This document shows positions 25,798 to 36,557 of a DNA stretch of 64,000 nucleotides, in pieces. The DNA lies in the NCBI GenBank assembly GCA_050485645.1, contig JBJHBT010000017.1, positions 2,752 to 66,751 of the forward strand. The letters run 5' to 3'. This DNA is from Gammaproteobacteria bacterium. Lineage in GTDB: Bacteria; Pseudomonadota; Gammaproteobacteria; Steroidobacterales; Rariloculaceae. The notes beneath the pieces are model-generated. The model was not told the origin of the DNA. It searched no databases and saw only the letters and a program-made list of their open reading frames with translations. Position numbers and translations under genes: made by a program. The first letter of the stretch is position 1. Every line of letters starts with the position of its first letter.

Positions 25798-27138
25798 ATG
25801 ATCATGTTCAAGCGACCCATGACCGCAGCCGGCGCGCTACTGGCGCTGGCGCTCATTTCACATCAGGCAACGACGCAGACCAGGGAGCTGGGCGCGTCCG
25901 GCGAACTGCTGGACGGCATCGCCGCGATCGTCGACAGCGGCGTGGTGCTGAGAAGCGAACTGGACGCATCCGTCCGCTTCTACGAGAGTTACCTCAGGGA
26001 TCAGCAGGCCGCGTTGCCGCCGAACCAGCGGCCGCCGCTGCCGCCGCTGTCGGAAATCGAAAGGCAGGCGCTCGAACAGCTGATCGTCCGCCAGGTGCAG
26101 ATGCAGCGCGCCTCGCGAAGCGGCATTGTCATCGACGACGCCATGCTCAATCAGGCCATCGCACAGATTGCCGCGCGACTCGACCTGACACTCGACGAGC
26201 TGCCCGCGGCACTTGCCGCCGAAGGCATTGACTACGCGGCCTACCGGCAGGAGTTGCGCGAGGAACTGACCATCGAACAACTCGAACAGAACGAGGTGTT
26301 CGGTCGCATATCGATTTCTCCCCGCGAGCTCGAACAGTGCCTGGTGCGTCTGGAAGCCGCGCAAAGTGGCCAGTTCGACTACCTCGTCTCCCATATTCTG
26401 GTTGGCCTGTCGGCGTCGGCCGATCAGGACGAAATCAGCGCCGCACGCGAGCTGGCCCGCGACATCGTCGCGCAGCTCAATGATGGCGAGGACTTCGCAC
26501 GACTGGCTGTCAGTCACTCCGACGGCCAGACCGCGCTGGAAGGCGGCTCGCTGGGCTGGCGACAGGGCGCGCAGCTGCCCACGGTATTCGCCGATCAGGT
26601 TCTGCGCATGCGCCCTGGCGAAGTATCGGAGCCGATTCAGGCCGCCAGCGGATTTCATATCGTCAAGCTCGTGGACATGCGCGGCGCCGATCCGATCATG
26701 GTCGACCAGGCGCGCATCCGCCACATCCTGATTCGTCCGGACGAGCTGTTCGATGACGACGCCGTGCGCCAGCGACTGATCGGCATCCGTGATCAGCTGC
26801 TGGCAGGCGATGAATTCGGGCCGGTGGCGCAGGCGACTTCCGAAGACACGATGTCGGCTGCCGACGGCGGGTCCCTGGGTTGGGTGTCGCCGGGCGAAAT
26901 GGTCCCGGAGTTCGAGCAGATCGTCGCCGCACTGCCTTTGGGCGAGATCAGCGAGCCGTTCGAGAGTCGTTACGGCTGGCACATCGCACAGGTCACCGAG
27001 CGGCGCTCCCACGACAGCACCGATGAGATGAAGCGCCAGCAGTGCCTGACGCAGATTCGCAATGCCAAGGCGGACGAAGAGCGCGATCTCTGGGTACGTC
27101 GACTCAGGGACCAGGCTTTCGTCGACGTCAAGCTGTAG
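25798..27138 (+). CDS. surA: Peptidyl-prolyl isomerase/chaperone SurA
   Basis: LDGIAAIVD N-terminus; two parvulin domains (HILV, GGSLGW, S.YGWHI). Confidence 0.95.
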   Translation: MIMFKRPMTAAGALLALALISHQATTQTRELGASGELLDGIAAIVDSGVVLRSELDASVRFYESYLRDQQAALPPNQRPPLPPLSEIERQALEQLIVRQVQMQRASRSGIVIDDAMLNQAIAQIAARLDLTLDELPAALAAEGIDYAAYRQELREELTIEQLEQNEVFGRISISPRELEQCLVRLEAAQSGQFDYLVSHILVGLSASADQDEISAARELARDIVAQLNDGEDFARLAVSHSDGQTALEGGSLGWRQGAQLPTVFADQVLRMRPGEVSEPIQAASGFHIVKLVDMRGADPIMVDQARIRHILIRPDELFDDDAVRQRLIGIRDQLLAGDEFGPVAQATSEDTMSAADGGSLGWVSPGEMVPEFEQIVAALPLGEISEPFESRYGWHIAQVTERRSHDSTDEMKRQQCLTQIRNAKADEERDLWVRRLRDQAFVDVKL

Positions 27139-27141
27139 CGC

Positions 27142-28137
27142 TTGCGCAGTCCGGCTCCAGTCATCGCGATCAGTTCCGGTGAACCCGCCGGCATTGGTCC
27201 GGACATCTGCCTCGCGCTGGCCGACAGGGAGCTGGATGCCAGACTGCTGGTCCTCGCCGACCCGACGCTGCTTGCCGAGCGAGCCCGGGCACTCGGAATA
27301 GCGGCCCGCCTCCAGTCCGTCATCGATCCCGAGTCAACCCCGCTGCACCAGGTCGGTTCACTGTCGGTGCTGCCTGTCTCCGCTGCCGTAGCGGCGGTGC
27401 CCGGACAGCCGGACACGCGCAACGCGGACTATGTGCTGAACATGATCCGCAATGCGGTTGCGCTGTGCATGAACGGCGAGGCCGACGCCCTGGTCACGGC
27501 GCCGGTGCAGAAGAGCATCATCAGCCGGAGCGGCGTGAGCTTTACCGGTCACACGGAATTGCTCGCCGAACTCACCGGCGCGCCCCGGTCGGTGATGCTG
27601 CTGGTCAACGACGAGCTGCGTGTGGCCCTGGCCACCACACACCTGCCGCTGCGCCGTGTCGCCGATGCCATCACCGCCACCGGAATCATGCAGCTGCTGG
27701 GTGTCCTGCATGCCGACCTGAAGACACGCTTCGGCATCGCGCGGCCGCGCATCAAGGTGCTGGGGCTGAATCCTCATGCCGGCGAGAGCGGCACGATGGG
27801 ACGCGAGGAAATCGAGGTGCTGCAGCCGGCGCTCGAACAGGCACGCGCGCAGGGCATCGACGCGGCGGGACCGTATCCGGCCGATACGGCGTTTACACCC
27901 GCGGCGCTGGACGGATTCGATGCGGTGCTGGCGATGTACCACGATCAGGGCCTGCCGGTGATCAAGGCACGCGGCTTCGGCGACACCGTAAACGTCACCT
28001 GCGGACTGCCCATCGTGCGCACATCCGTAGACCACGGCACCGCATTGGATCTGGCCGCCACCGGCCGCGCCAGCGCACACAGCCTGATCGCCGCAATTGA
28101 ACTGGCACGGCAGCTTGCGCGCGGCGACAGCGCGTGA
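27142..28137 (+). CDS. pdxA: 4-hydroxythreonine-4-phosphate dehydrogenase
   Basis: GEPAGIGPDI, GHTE, GLNPHAGE, AMYHDQG, RTSVDHGTA. Confidence 0.96.
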   Translation: MRSPAPVIAISSGEPAGIGPDICLALADRELDARLLVLADPTLLAERARALGIAARLQSVIDPESTPLHQVGSLSVLPVSAAVAAVPGQPDTRNADYVLNMIRNAVALCMNGEADALVTAPVQKSIISRSGVSFTGHTELLAELTGAPRSVMLLVNDELRVALATTHLPLRRVADAITATGIMQLLGVLHADLKTRFGIARPRIKVLGLNPHAGESGTMGREEIEVLQPALEQARAQGIDAAGPYPADTAFTPAALDGFDAVLAMYHDQGLPVIKARGFGDTVNVTCGLPIVRTSVDHGTALDLAATGRASAHSLIAAIELARQLARGDSA

Positions 28138-28922
28138 TGAGGCCACCGCCCCGCAAGTCACTGGGGCAGCATTTCCTGCACGACCCGGCGGTGATCGCGC
28201 GCATCATCGCCACGATCAGACCACAGCCGGACGACGTGTTCGTGGAAATCGGCGGCGGTCATGGCGCGCTCACCTGGCCGTTGCTGGAACGCGTTGCGCG
28301 ACTGCATGTGATCGAGGTGGATCGCGAACTGGCGACGCGCCTGGAAGCGCGGTCCGCCGACCATCCCGGCCTGACCGTCCACTGCGCCGACGCGCTGAGC
28401 TTCGACATCGGCACGCTGGCTGCAGACGGACCGGTTCGCGTTGCCGGCAATCTGCCCTACAACATTTCCACGCCACTGCTGTTTCACCTGCTCGACCACA
28501 GTGAGGTGATACGCGATATGCACCTGATGCTGCAGAAGGAAGTCGTGCAGCGCATGTGCGCGACGCCGGGCGGCAAGGAATACGGCCGCCTGACGGTCAT
28601 GCTGGGCGCCGCGGCCCGGACCAGCCGCTGCTTCGACATCGGCCCGGGTGCCTTCACGCCACCGCCAAGGGTATGGTCCAGCATCGTGCGCGTCGTCCCC
28701 TATCCCGCCGCGCCGTTCGCGATTCACGACCACCGACAGTTCGCCGCCCTCGTCACGCATCTGTTCTCGATGCGCCGCAAGACGCTGGCGCGGAGCCTGA
28801 AGGGACTGGTGTCCGATGCGCAGTTCGCGGCGCTGCAGCTGGACCCCAAAGCACGGCCGGAAACGCTGCAGCCGGCCGACTTCGCACGGCTGGCGCAGAC
28901 CATCCACGGTGCAAAGCCATGA
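28134..28922 (+). CDS. rsmA: 16S rRNA m6,2A dimethyltransferase
   Basis: KSLGQHFL, EIG.G.G, GNLPYNIST, LQKEV. Confidence 0.96.
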   Translation: MMRPPPRKSLGQHFLHDPAVIARIIATIRPQPDDVFVEIGGGHGALTWPLLERVARLHVIEVDRELATRLEARSADHPGLTVHCADALSFDIGTLAADGPVRVAGNLPYNISTPLLFHLLDHSEVIRDMHLMLQKEVVQRMCATPGGKEYGRLTVMLGAAARTSRCFDIGPGAFTPPPRVWSSIVRVVPYPAAPFAIHDHRQFAALVTHLFSMRRKTLARSLKGLVSDAQFAALQLDPKARPETLQPADFARLAQTIHGAKP

Positions 28923-29740
28923 CGCTGTACGCGGCAGGCGACCTGCAGGGCTGCGATCAGCCGTTCGAGCGCCTGCTTGACCGCCTGGACTTCGACCCGG
29001 CACGCGACCAGCTGTGGCTGGTTGGCGATCTCGTCAATCGTGGCCCCGGATCATTGAATCTGCTGCGCCGCGTGATCGCGCTCGGTGACAGCGTCACGAC
29101 GGTACTGGGCAATCACGACCTGCACCTGCTGGCGGTGGCCGCTGGTGCCAGACCGCCAGGCACCAGGGATACCCTGAACGATATACTCGGTGCACCGGAC
29201 CGTGACGAACTGATCGACTGGCTGCGACGGCGGCCACTGCTGCACGTCGATGCACAACGCCATCTGGCGCTGGTGCATGCCGGCATACCGGCCGCATGGT
29301 CCATCCAGGACGCGCGAACAAACGCCGCTCAGGTGGAAACACTGCTGCATGCCGATGACTGGGCCACTGGCATCGGCGCGCTGTTCGGCAATACCCCGGA
29401 CCTGGAGTCCGACGCACTGACGCCTGCACTGCGACAGCGGTATACGGTGAACGCGCTGACGCGGATGCGCTGCTGTCACCGCGACGGGCGCCTTGATCTG
29501 GACTATTCCGGCCCCCCGGAACAAAGGCCCGGGCACCTGACGCCCTGGTTCGACATGCCGGACAGGCAGACCGACGGCTGGCATCTGGTATTCGGCCACT
29601 GGGCCGCGCTCGGGGTGCTGCGTCGCGACAATCTGACAGCACTGGACAGCGGCTGCGTATGGGGCGGCAGACTGACCGCCATGACCGTGGATCCGCCAGG
29701 CGATCTGGTATCGATCGACTGCAGCACACGCGGCCGGTAA
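28919..29740 (+). CDS. apaH: Symmetrical bis(5'-nucleosyl)-tetraphosphatase
   Basis: GDLQGC, GDLVNRGP, LGNHDLH, FGHWAAL, LDSGCVWGG; ATGA overlap with rsmA. Confidence 0.95.
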   Translation: MTLYAAGDLQGCDQPFERLLDRLDFDPARDQLWLVGDLVNRGPGSLNLLRRVIALGDSVTTVLGNHDLHLLAVAAGARPPGTRDTLNDILGAPDRDELIDWLRRRPLLHVDAQRHLALVHAGIPAAWSIQDARTNAAQVETLLHADDWATGIGALFGNTPDLESDALTPALRQRYTVNALTRMRCCHRDGRLDLDYSGPPEQRPGHLTPWFDMPDRQTDGWHLVFGHWAALGVLRRDNLTALDSGCVWGGRLTAMTVDPPGDLVSIDCSTRGR

Positions 29741-29750
29741 CGGCGGACCC

Positions 29751-30545
29751 TCAGACCGCCACCGGCGCCCTGATCGGCGGATGCGCCTGGTAGCCGACCA
29801 GCTCGAAGTCCTCGTAGCGGTAGTCGAAGATGCTGTCCGGCCTGCGCCTGAGCACCAGACGCGGCAGCGGCAGCGGATCGCGGCTGAGCTGCAGATCGGC
29901 CTGCTGGAGGTGATTCAGATACAGGTGACAGTCACCACCGGTCCAGATGAATTCACCCGGCTGCAGATCGGTCTGCTGCGCCATCATGTGCGTCAGCAGT
30001 GCATACGAGGCGATATTGAAAGGCACGCCGAGAAATACATCCGCGCTGCGCTGATAGAGCTGCAGCGACAGGCGGCCGCCGGCCACATGGAACTGGAACA
30101 GCAGGTGGCAGGGCGGCAGCGCCATCCGGTCGAGCTCACCGACGTTCCACGCGCTGACGATGATGCGCCTTGAGTCGGGGTTGGTGCGCAACAGCTCCAC
30201 CGCGGTTGCTATCTGGTCAACGTGATGGCCGCCGGCCGTGGGCCAGGAGCGCCACTGTGCGCCGTACACGGGACCGAGATCGCCGTTCTCATCAGCCCAC
30301 TCGTCCCAGATCGATACGCGGTTTTCGTGCAGGTAGCCGACGTTCGTTTCTCCGCGCAGGAACCACAGCAGTTCGTGGATGATGGAGCGAAGATGCAGCG
30401 TCTTCGTGGTCACCACCGGGAAGCCGGCAGCGAGATCGAAACGCATCTGGTGACCGAATACACTCAGCGTACCGGTGCCGGTGCGGTCATCCTTGCGTGA
30501 ACCTGTCTGGCGAATCAGTCGCAACAGATCCAGATATTGACGCAC
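29751..30545 (-). CDS. thyA: Thymidylate synthase
   Basis: [37 protein letters not shown]. Confidence 0.98.
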   Translation of the reverse strand: MRQYLDLLRLIRQTGSRKDDRTGTGTLSVFGHQMRFDLAAGFPVVTTKTLHLRSIIHELLWFLRGETNVGYLHENRVSIWDEWADENGDLGPVYGAQWRSWPTAGGHHVDQIATAVELLRTNPDSRRIIVSAWNVGELDRMALPPCHLLFQFHVAGGRLSLQLYQRSADVFLGVPFNIASYALLTHMMAQQTDLQPGEFIWTGGDCHLYLNHLQQADLQLSRDPLPLPRLVLRRRPDSIFDYRYEDFELVGYQAHPPIRAPVAV

Positions 30546-30563
30546 GATCAGCTCCCCGCCGTC

Positions 30564-31358
30564 TCAGCCGTGGGCAGTCGCCGTCGCGCGGCGCCATGCC
30601 AGCCACAGCAATACCGCCCCGGCGATGATCATCGGTGTCGTCAGCACCTGACCCATGGTCAGCCAGCCGAAGGCAAGATAGCCGATATGCTGATCCGGCA
30701 GCCGCAGGAACTCCACTGCGAAACGGAACACGCCGTAGAGCACCAGAAACAGTCCGGACACCGCCATCATCGGGCGCGGCTTTCTTGAGAACCACCACAG
30801 CACGACGAACAGCACCAGACCCTCCAGAATCGCCTGGTAGAGCTGCGTGGGGTGACGCGGTACACCGTCGACCAGAACAGCCCAAGGCGCATCCGGGCGC
30901 GTCGGCGCACCCCAGAGTTCACCGTTGATGTAGTTGCCCACACGGCCCAGGCCCAGTCCCGGCGCGGCCCACGGCGCGAGAAAATCAGTGATGCGGAAAA
31001 ACGGCTGACCGACACTGCGGGCGAACAGCAGGATGGCCGCCAGCACGCCGAGCAGTCCGCCGTGAAAAGACATGCCGCCTTCCCAGATGGCGAACAGCTT
31101 CAGCGGACTGCCGAGGAACGCCGCGAAATCGTAAAACAGCATATAACCGACCCGGCCGCCAACGACGACGCCCAGGACAACGTAGAAAAACAGATCCTCG
31201 ACGCGTGCGGGTTGAATGGGGCTCCACGGACGTCGTGCGCGCACGCGCATACCCGCCCAGCCGATCAGGAAGCCGCCAAGGAACATCAGCCCATACCAGC
31301 GCACGTCGACCGGACCGATCGAGAAGGCGATCGGATTGAATTCAGGATACTCGAACAG
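30564..31358 (-). CDS. lgt: Prolipoprotein diacylglyceryl transferase (probable CTG start at 31358)
   Basis: [51 protein letters not shown]. No ATG/GTG/TTG in frame between TAA 31436 and GTG 31304. Confidence 0.93.
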   Translation of the reverse strand: MFEYPEFNPIAFSIGPVDVRWYGLMFLGGFLIGWAGMRVRARRPWSPIQPARVEDLFFYVVLGVVVGGRVGYMLFYDFAAFLGSPLKLFAIWEGGMSFHGGLLGVLAAILLFARSVGQPFFRITDFLAPWAAPGLGLGRVGNYINGELWGAPTRPDAPWAVLVDGVPRHPTQLYQAILEGLVLFVVLWWFSRKPRPMMAVSGLFLVLYGVFRFAVEFLRLPDQHIGYLAFGWLTMGQVLTTPMIIAGAVLLWLAWRRATATAHG

Positions 31359-31576
31359 CGTGCAGCCCCTGTGTTGATACGTTGATGCGCTTCGGGCGTG
31401 GTGCCGGAAGCGGCGCGACCGGCGGCGCGTTAGTTAACCACGCATTCCCGCGCCTCGCCAGTGCCGCAGGCCTGTCCGGTGGCACCCGCGAGGCCACGTG
31501 CTGCCCTGCAATCGCAGTGACCGCGGGCCGCGCTGCGACCACGGAACGCCGCTTCGGGCATTGCTATAGTGTGGGC

Positions 31577-33640
31577 ATGAACAATCGGCTCCGCCACGAA
31601 ACCAGCCCCTATCTGCTTCAGCATGCCGACAACCCCGTGCACTGGCAGCCGTGGGACGAACAGGCGCTGCGGCTCGCGCGCGAGTCGGACAGGCCGATCC
31701 TGCTGTCCATCGGCTACTCGGCCTGCCACTGGTGTCACGTGATGGCACACGAATCGTTCGAGGACGCCGACACCGCGGCGCTGATGAACGAACGGTTCGT
31801 GAACATCAAGGTCGACCGCGAGGAACGACCCGATCTGGACAGGATCTATCAGCTGGCCCATCAGCTGTTCGTCGGCCGCGGCGGCGGCTGGCCACTGACC
31901 GCATTCCTGACCCCGGACAGCCACCTGCCGATCGCGGTGGGCACCTATTTCCCTCTTCAGCCACGTTACGGCATGCCGGCTTTCAGCGAAGTGCTGCGCC
32001 GTGTTGCCGACTACTACGCCGGGCATCGCAAAGAAATCACCACGCAGGGCCATGCGCTGGTCGATGCGCTGCGGCGCATGGACGAACGCGCAACGGCACG
32101 GGATGGCCAGCCGCTGGACGCGGCACCGCTTCACGCCGCGCGTGAATCGCTGCGTGCCGGCTTCGACGTGCGTCATGGCGGCTTTGGCGGCGCGCCGAAG
32201 TTTCCGCGCGCCGGGAGCCTCGAGCTGGCATTGGAGCTGTGGCACGACGCAACAGATGCGGACACCGGCACGCGGCACGAAGCTGATCTGATGTCGATGG
32301 TGACATTCAGCCTCAGCACAATGGCCGCGCGCGGTCTCTACGACCATCTGGCTGGCGGATTTTTCCGCTACGCGGTTGACGAAGCCTGGGCGATACCGCA
32401 TTTCGAGAAAATGCTGTACGACAATGCCTCACTGCTGGCGTTGTATGCGGATGCATGGGCCGCCACCGGCCAGGCGGCGTTCGCGACAGCGGCGACTGAG
32501 ACCGCGCGGTGGCTGAACCTTGAGATGGCGCATGCGCAAGGCGGATGGTACGCGGCGCTGGACGCCGATTCGGAAGGCGAGGAAGGCCGCTACTATCTGT
32601 GGACACCCGAGCAGTTCGAATCGCTGCTGCCGGCACCACAGAGCGAGGTGGCGAAAACGGTCTACGGCCTGTATCGCGAACCCAATTTCGAAGGCAGCGA
32701 ATGGCATCTGCATCATGCGGAGTCGGTGGCCACGGTCGCGGCCGCCAACGACACGGCCACGGACGAGGTGCAGGCCTTGCTCGACAGCGCGCGACAAACG
32801 CTGCTGGACGCGCGCCGCGGCAGGCCCGCCCCGGAGCGCGACGACAAGGTGCTCACCGCGTGGAATGCGCTGACGGCACGTGCGATGGCACGCGCGGCGC
32901 GCCGTCTGCGGCGCCCGGATCTGGCGCAACCCGCACTCGCCGCCATCGACTTCATTCGCGGGCAGCTGTGGGATGGCCGGCGCCTGAAAGCCGTCTACAA
33001 AGACGGAAGATCGCGCTTCAACGCCTACCTCGACGACCACGCCTTCATGATGGACGCATTGCTCGAAACCCTGCAGTGCCGGTGGCGAACCGCGGATCTG
33101 GAATTCGCGATCGCCCTTGCGGACACGTTGCTGGAACGGTTCCAGGACGCCCGCGGGGGATTCTGTTTCGTCGCTGACGACCACGAAGCGCTGATCCATC
33201 GGCCACGATCATTCGCCGACGAGGCCATTCCTTCCGGCAATGGCATCGCGCTGTCGAGCCTGCTGGTGCTCGGCCATCTGCTGGGTGAAACCCGCTACGT
33301 GGATGCGGCTGAACGCGGCCTGCTCGCGGCCCGGCAGGTGGTGCTCGGCCATCCGGATTCGTACGCGGCGACCCTGCACGCACTGGCGCTCTACCTGCAC
33401 CCGCCGGAACTGATCATCATTCGCGGCACGCGGGAGGAAACGCACCATGTGTGCGAGGAGATCGGCGCCAACTACCATCCGCGCCGCTACGTGTTCAGCA
33501 TTCCGCCGGATGTCGGCACACTGCCGGGCCTGCTCGCAACCCGCTTACCGGCATCGTCCGGCGCAGTCGCCTACCGCTGCGCGGGCACCCGGTGCGACCT
33601 GCCGGAGACGGACATCAACCGCCTGATCGATCAGCTGTAA
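31577..33640 (+). CDS. Thioredoxin-domain/alpha-alpha-barrel protein (YyaL/SSP411/DUF255 family)
   Basis: [59 protein letters not shown]. Confidence 0.93.
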   Translation: MNNRLRHETSPYLLQHADNPVHWQPWDEQALRLARESDRPILLSIGYSACHWCHVMAHESFEDADTAALMNERFVNIKVDREERPDLDRIYQLAHQLFVGRGGGWPLTAFLTPDSHLPIAVGTYFPLQPRYGMPAFSEVLRRVADYYAGHRKEITTQGHALVDALRRMDERATARDGQPLDAAPLHAARESLRAGFDVRHGGFGGAPKFPRAGSLELALELWHDATDADTGTRHEADLMSMVTFSLSTMAARGLYDHLAGGFFRYAVDEAWAIPHFEKMLYDNASLLALYADAWAATGQAAFATAATETARWLNLEMAHAQGGWYAALDADSEGEEGRYYLWTPEQFESLLPAPQSEVAKTVYGLYREPNFEGSEWHLHHAESVATVAAANDTATDEVQALLDSARQTLLDARRGRPAPERDDKVLTAWNALTARAMARAARRLRRPDLAQPALAAIDFIRGQLWDGRRLKAVYKDGRSRFNAYLDDHAFMMDALLETLQCRWRTADLEFAIALADTLLERFQDARGGFCFVADDHEALIHRPRSFADEAIPSGNGIALSSLLVLGHLLGETRYVDAAERGLLAARQVVLGHPDSYAATLHALALYLHPPELIIIRGTREETHHVCEEIGANYHPRRYVFSIPPDVGTLPGLLATRLPASSGAVAYRCAGTRCDLPETDINRLIDQL

Positions 33641-36455
33641 TCGTCACCGGCGACGCATGCAGCGGATTGCGTTGCCAGTAGCCGTCTTCGCGCCGGAGCT
33701 CGTACGCGGGCCAGTACAGCCCGTCGAGCGTCAGCGTGATGACTTCCGGGACGTCGTTCCAGCTCACGGTATGCAGACGCACCGAGTCGGTGCTGCCCAG
33801 ACGCCGTATTTCACGAACGAAGCTGTCCATGTCGAGGGTCGGATTGCCGTTGACCGCCACGATGCGCCGGCCGGCCACCAGACCGAAACGACTGGCCGGG
33901 GATCCGAAATTGTAGAACGAGACATACACACCGATCGGTTCCACGCTGCGCTGTGCCGACAGTTCACGGTGCGGTGACTGGATCAGGGCACCGGCCCACA
34001 TCAGCACATGGTCGATATCGACGCCGCTGAGTTCGACGGTTTCCAGCACGCGGGTGATCTCGCGGCCATCCCGAAAGACGGTGACCTCCACCTGTTCCGC
34101 CTGTGACGCCCGCTCCACTTCACGGAAGGTGTTCGCCGGCTCGCCGTTGATGGCAAGCAGAATGTCGCCGGCACGGAAGAATCCGGCGGCCGGCGTACCG
34201 GCAACGAAACTGGACACGGCCAGAACCTGGCGCCGCTGACGGTTATGCAACTCATAGGTGGCTGCCCAGGCCTCGGGCAGATCAAGCTTGCTGGCGGTTG
34301 CCAATGGCATCCGCCGCCATTCGACTTCGAGCGACCGGATGGGCGTGTCGCTGCGCAGATGCTCGAGCATATCCACGACCAATTCCGCGGGCACGCCCAG
34401 ATTGACCTGATGGAGATCGCGTCCGGTCTGATACGCGAAGCTGGACCACAGTGCCAGTACGCCGCCGTCGCGATCGGTGATCACACCGTCGAAGCTGCTG
34501 GGGCCATTCACCAGGGTGTAGGCCTCCAGGTTCGAGTCGCGGAAGCGGAAGGTGCGTGACGGCGGGAAATTGGCGTCGGTTATCGAGCCGATCTCACTGG
34601 ACTGGGAACGCAGCCCGTGGTCCGCCCCCAGGCCCACCACCAGCACGGAACGGCCCGGTTCAGACTCCTCAACACGAAATTCCGCACTGCGAACCGGCGT
34701 ATCGCCGATCAGCGCGGTGTCGTACGACACCACCGCAAGGTTGTGCAGGGGGTGTACATAAACGACGTTGCCGGGTATTTCCAGCGAGCCCGCGAACGTG
34801 AGCCGCACATCGCCCAGTGCCACCGGCACGGTGTTGCGATCGACCACCACCCAGCCGCGTTCGGCATCGGCTACCACGCCGGTACCGTAGTAGTAACGAT
34901 CCGATACACCCGAAACCGTGTAAGGCATCTCGAAGTTCACCAGCACCAGTGAATGCTGGATGATGTCCAGGTGGGGGTCCGTATTGTCCGGAAACGAGGT
35001 CGTGCGGGCTTCGCGTGCCGGCGCGGGCGCCCCTGCCCCAAGCTCACGACACGGCCATACGCCCGCCGCATCGTCACGATGACAGCGCACGGCCGGGTAC
35101 CAGTGGCGGCTGTTCGTCAGAATCCGCTGATGCTCGCTACGCGGATCGTCGAAAGGCACGAAGCGCACACTGACCTGCTGACCGATCGCCAGGCTTTCCA
35201 GCACCGCTTCGAATTCGTCCAGGTCGGCGACGGGTTGACCATCGAGTTCGGTGATCAGGCTGGCGCGCGGGATGCCGGCGGTGCCGAACACGTATCCGGG
35301 GCTGGCCACATAGACCCCGCTCACCGGGCGGAACAGGTGTCGCGCCTGCTGATACGACAGTTCGTGAAATACACCGTCACCGAATTCCACGTACTCGTCG
35401 GGCGTCACGGCGTGAAGGTCGTCCACGAGCAGCCGGTACGTGGCCGCCTCGCCGCCTCGCTCAACAACCAGCTCAACGGACTCGCCAACGCTGCCGTCCA
35501 GGATCGATGCCAGTGGCACGAATTCGGTCACCAGTTCGCCGTTCAGTGAAATGAGAATGTCACCCGGCTCGAGCAGCGACGACGCCGACGAACCGGGCAG
35601 CACCTGCTCAACCACCAGCATGCCGGTCTGTTCCGGGTGCGCACGACGCGCCGCCGCTTCGGCGGATTCGGTCAGACCCAGCCGCCGCAGTTCAGCGTAA
35701 GGCTTGCGTACGAATTCGGTACGAAGCGTCCCGCGCGTTACCGGCCTGCCCTGTCGAATGAGCTGGAACGCTTCATTGACGCGATCCAGCGGCAGAAAGA
35801 AACTCGACGCGGCCTGGGAATTGCCGCCGGCATTGAGCGCGACCGCGCGGCCCTGTATGTCGATGACCGGCGAGCCGGATGAACCACCGGATGTCCCGGA
35901 CGCCGCCTGGAAATAGAACGTGTTGAAGTCGTTGTAGTTGCCGCGCCCATAGTTCGGTGCCTGTCGGTCCAGACGCGCAATCGTGCCGGCCAGGATCGAC
36001 AGCTGTTCCCCGGCATCGTTGCCCACGACGCGTATGTCGGTGCCCACCTGTGCCGCCGCCGGCGCCAGCGGGATCTCGGCCGGCTCCATGAAGACAAGAT
36101 CGTCGGGGTTGTAACTGAAGAATCCGAAGTCGTGAACCGGATCGCGATAGACGGGGATCAGATCCACCTCTTCCTGATTCAGAAAGATGGCCTGTGCCCG
36201 CACCGGTCCGGGAGTGACCACATGACGGTTGGTGAGGATCAGGCCGCGCTCGGCGTCAACGACAAACCCGGTTGCCTGGGTGGAGCGGTTGCGCTCCGTG
36301 TCGAATGCACGCGTACTGTCCACGCGTATCGACACCACTCCCGTCGCGATGCGTTCCAGCGTCTGGTTCCATGTCTGTGTCTGTGCCTGTGCCGATGCAT
36401 GCGCCGCAGTCAGAGCGACCAGCGCGATGACCAGCAAGTTTTTGATTGATTTCAT
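33615..36455 (-). CDS. Exported tandem HtrA-type serine protease with multiple PDZ domains (Nma111/DEG7-like)
   Basis: Signal peptide [22 protein letters not shown]; triad in TNRHVV / DPVHDFG / GGSSGSP; second degenerate trypsin domain (VVVDRNTVP); PDZ-like segments. Confidence 0.88.
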   Translation of the reverse strand: MKSIKNLLVIALVALTAAHASAQAQTQTWNQTLERIATGVVSIRVDSTRAFDTERNRSTQATGFVVDAERGLILTNRHVVTPGPVRAQAIFLNQEEVDLIPVYRDPVHDFGFFSYNPDDLVFMEPAEIPLAPAAAQVGTDIRVVGNDAGEQLSILAGTIARLDRQAPNYGRGNYNDFNTFYFQAASGTSGGSSGSPVIDIQGRAVALNAGGNSQAASSFFLPLDRVNEAFQLIRQGRPVTRGTLRTEFVRKPYAELRRLGLTESAEAAARRAHPEQTGMLVVEQVLPGSSASSLLEPGDILISLNGELVTEFVPLASILDGSVGESVELVVERGGEAATYRLLVDDLHAVTPDEYVEFGDGVFHELSYQQARHLFRPVSGVYVASPGYVFGTAGIPRASLITELDGQPVADLDEFEAVLESLAIGQQVSVRFVPFDDPRSEHQRILTNSRHWYPAVRCHRDDAAGVWPCRELGAGAPAPAREARTTSFPDNTDPHLDIIQHSLVLVNFEMPYTVSGVSDRYYYGTGVVADAERGWVVVDRNTVPVALGDVRLTFAGSLEIPGNVVYVHPLHNLAVVSYDTALIGDTPVRSAEFRVEESEPGRSVLVVGLGADHGLRSQSSEIGSITDANFPPSRTFRFRDSNLEAYTLVNGPSSFDGVITDRDGGVLALWSSFAYQTGRDLHQVNLGVPAELVVDMLEHLRSDTPIRSLEVEWRRMPLATASKLDLPEAWAATYELHNRQRRQVLAVSSFVAGTPAAGFFRAGDILLAINGEPANTFREVERASQAEQVEVTVFRDGREITRVLETVELSGVDIDHVLMWAGALIQSPHRELSAQRSVEPIGVYVSFYNFGSPASRFGLVAGRRIVAVNGNPTLDMDSFVREIRRLGSTDSVRLHTVSWNDVPEVITLTLDGLYWPAYELRREDGYWQRNPLHASPVTITADRSGG

Positions 36456-36557
36456 GTAACTGGCTTCTTTGATGTCGATCGCTGGTAGGTTCAGACAATC
36501 CTCGCAGCATTTTATTCCCAAGGAAAGCGAAGCCGGCTGCGCGGCGGACCCCGCCCG

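Noticed and set aside
16885-36455. An apoptosis-like pathway linking the caspase-fold protein and the Nma111-like protease
   Set aside because: They are about 16 kb apart in separate transcription units, both are exported, and the caspase-fold protein lacks its Cys. Nothing in the sequence links them.
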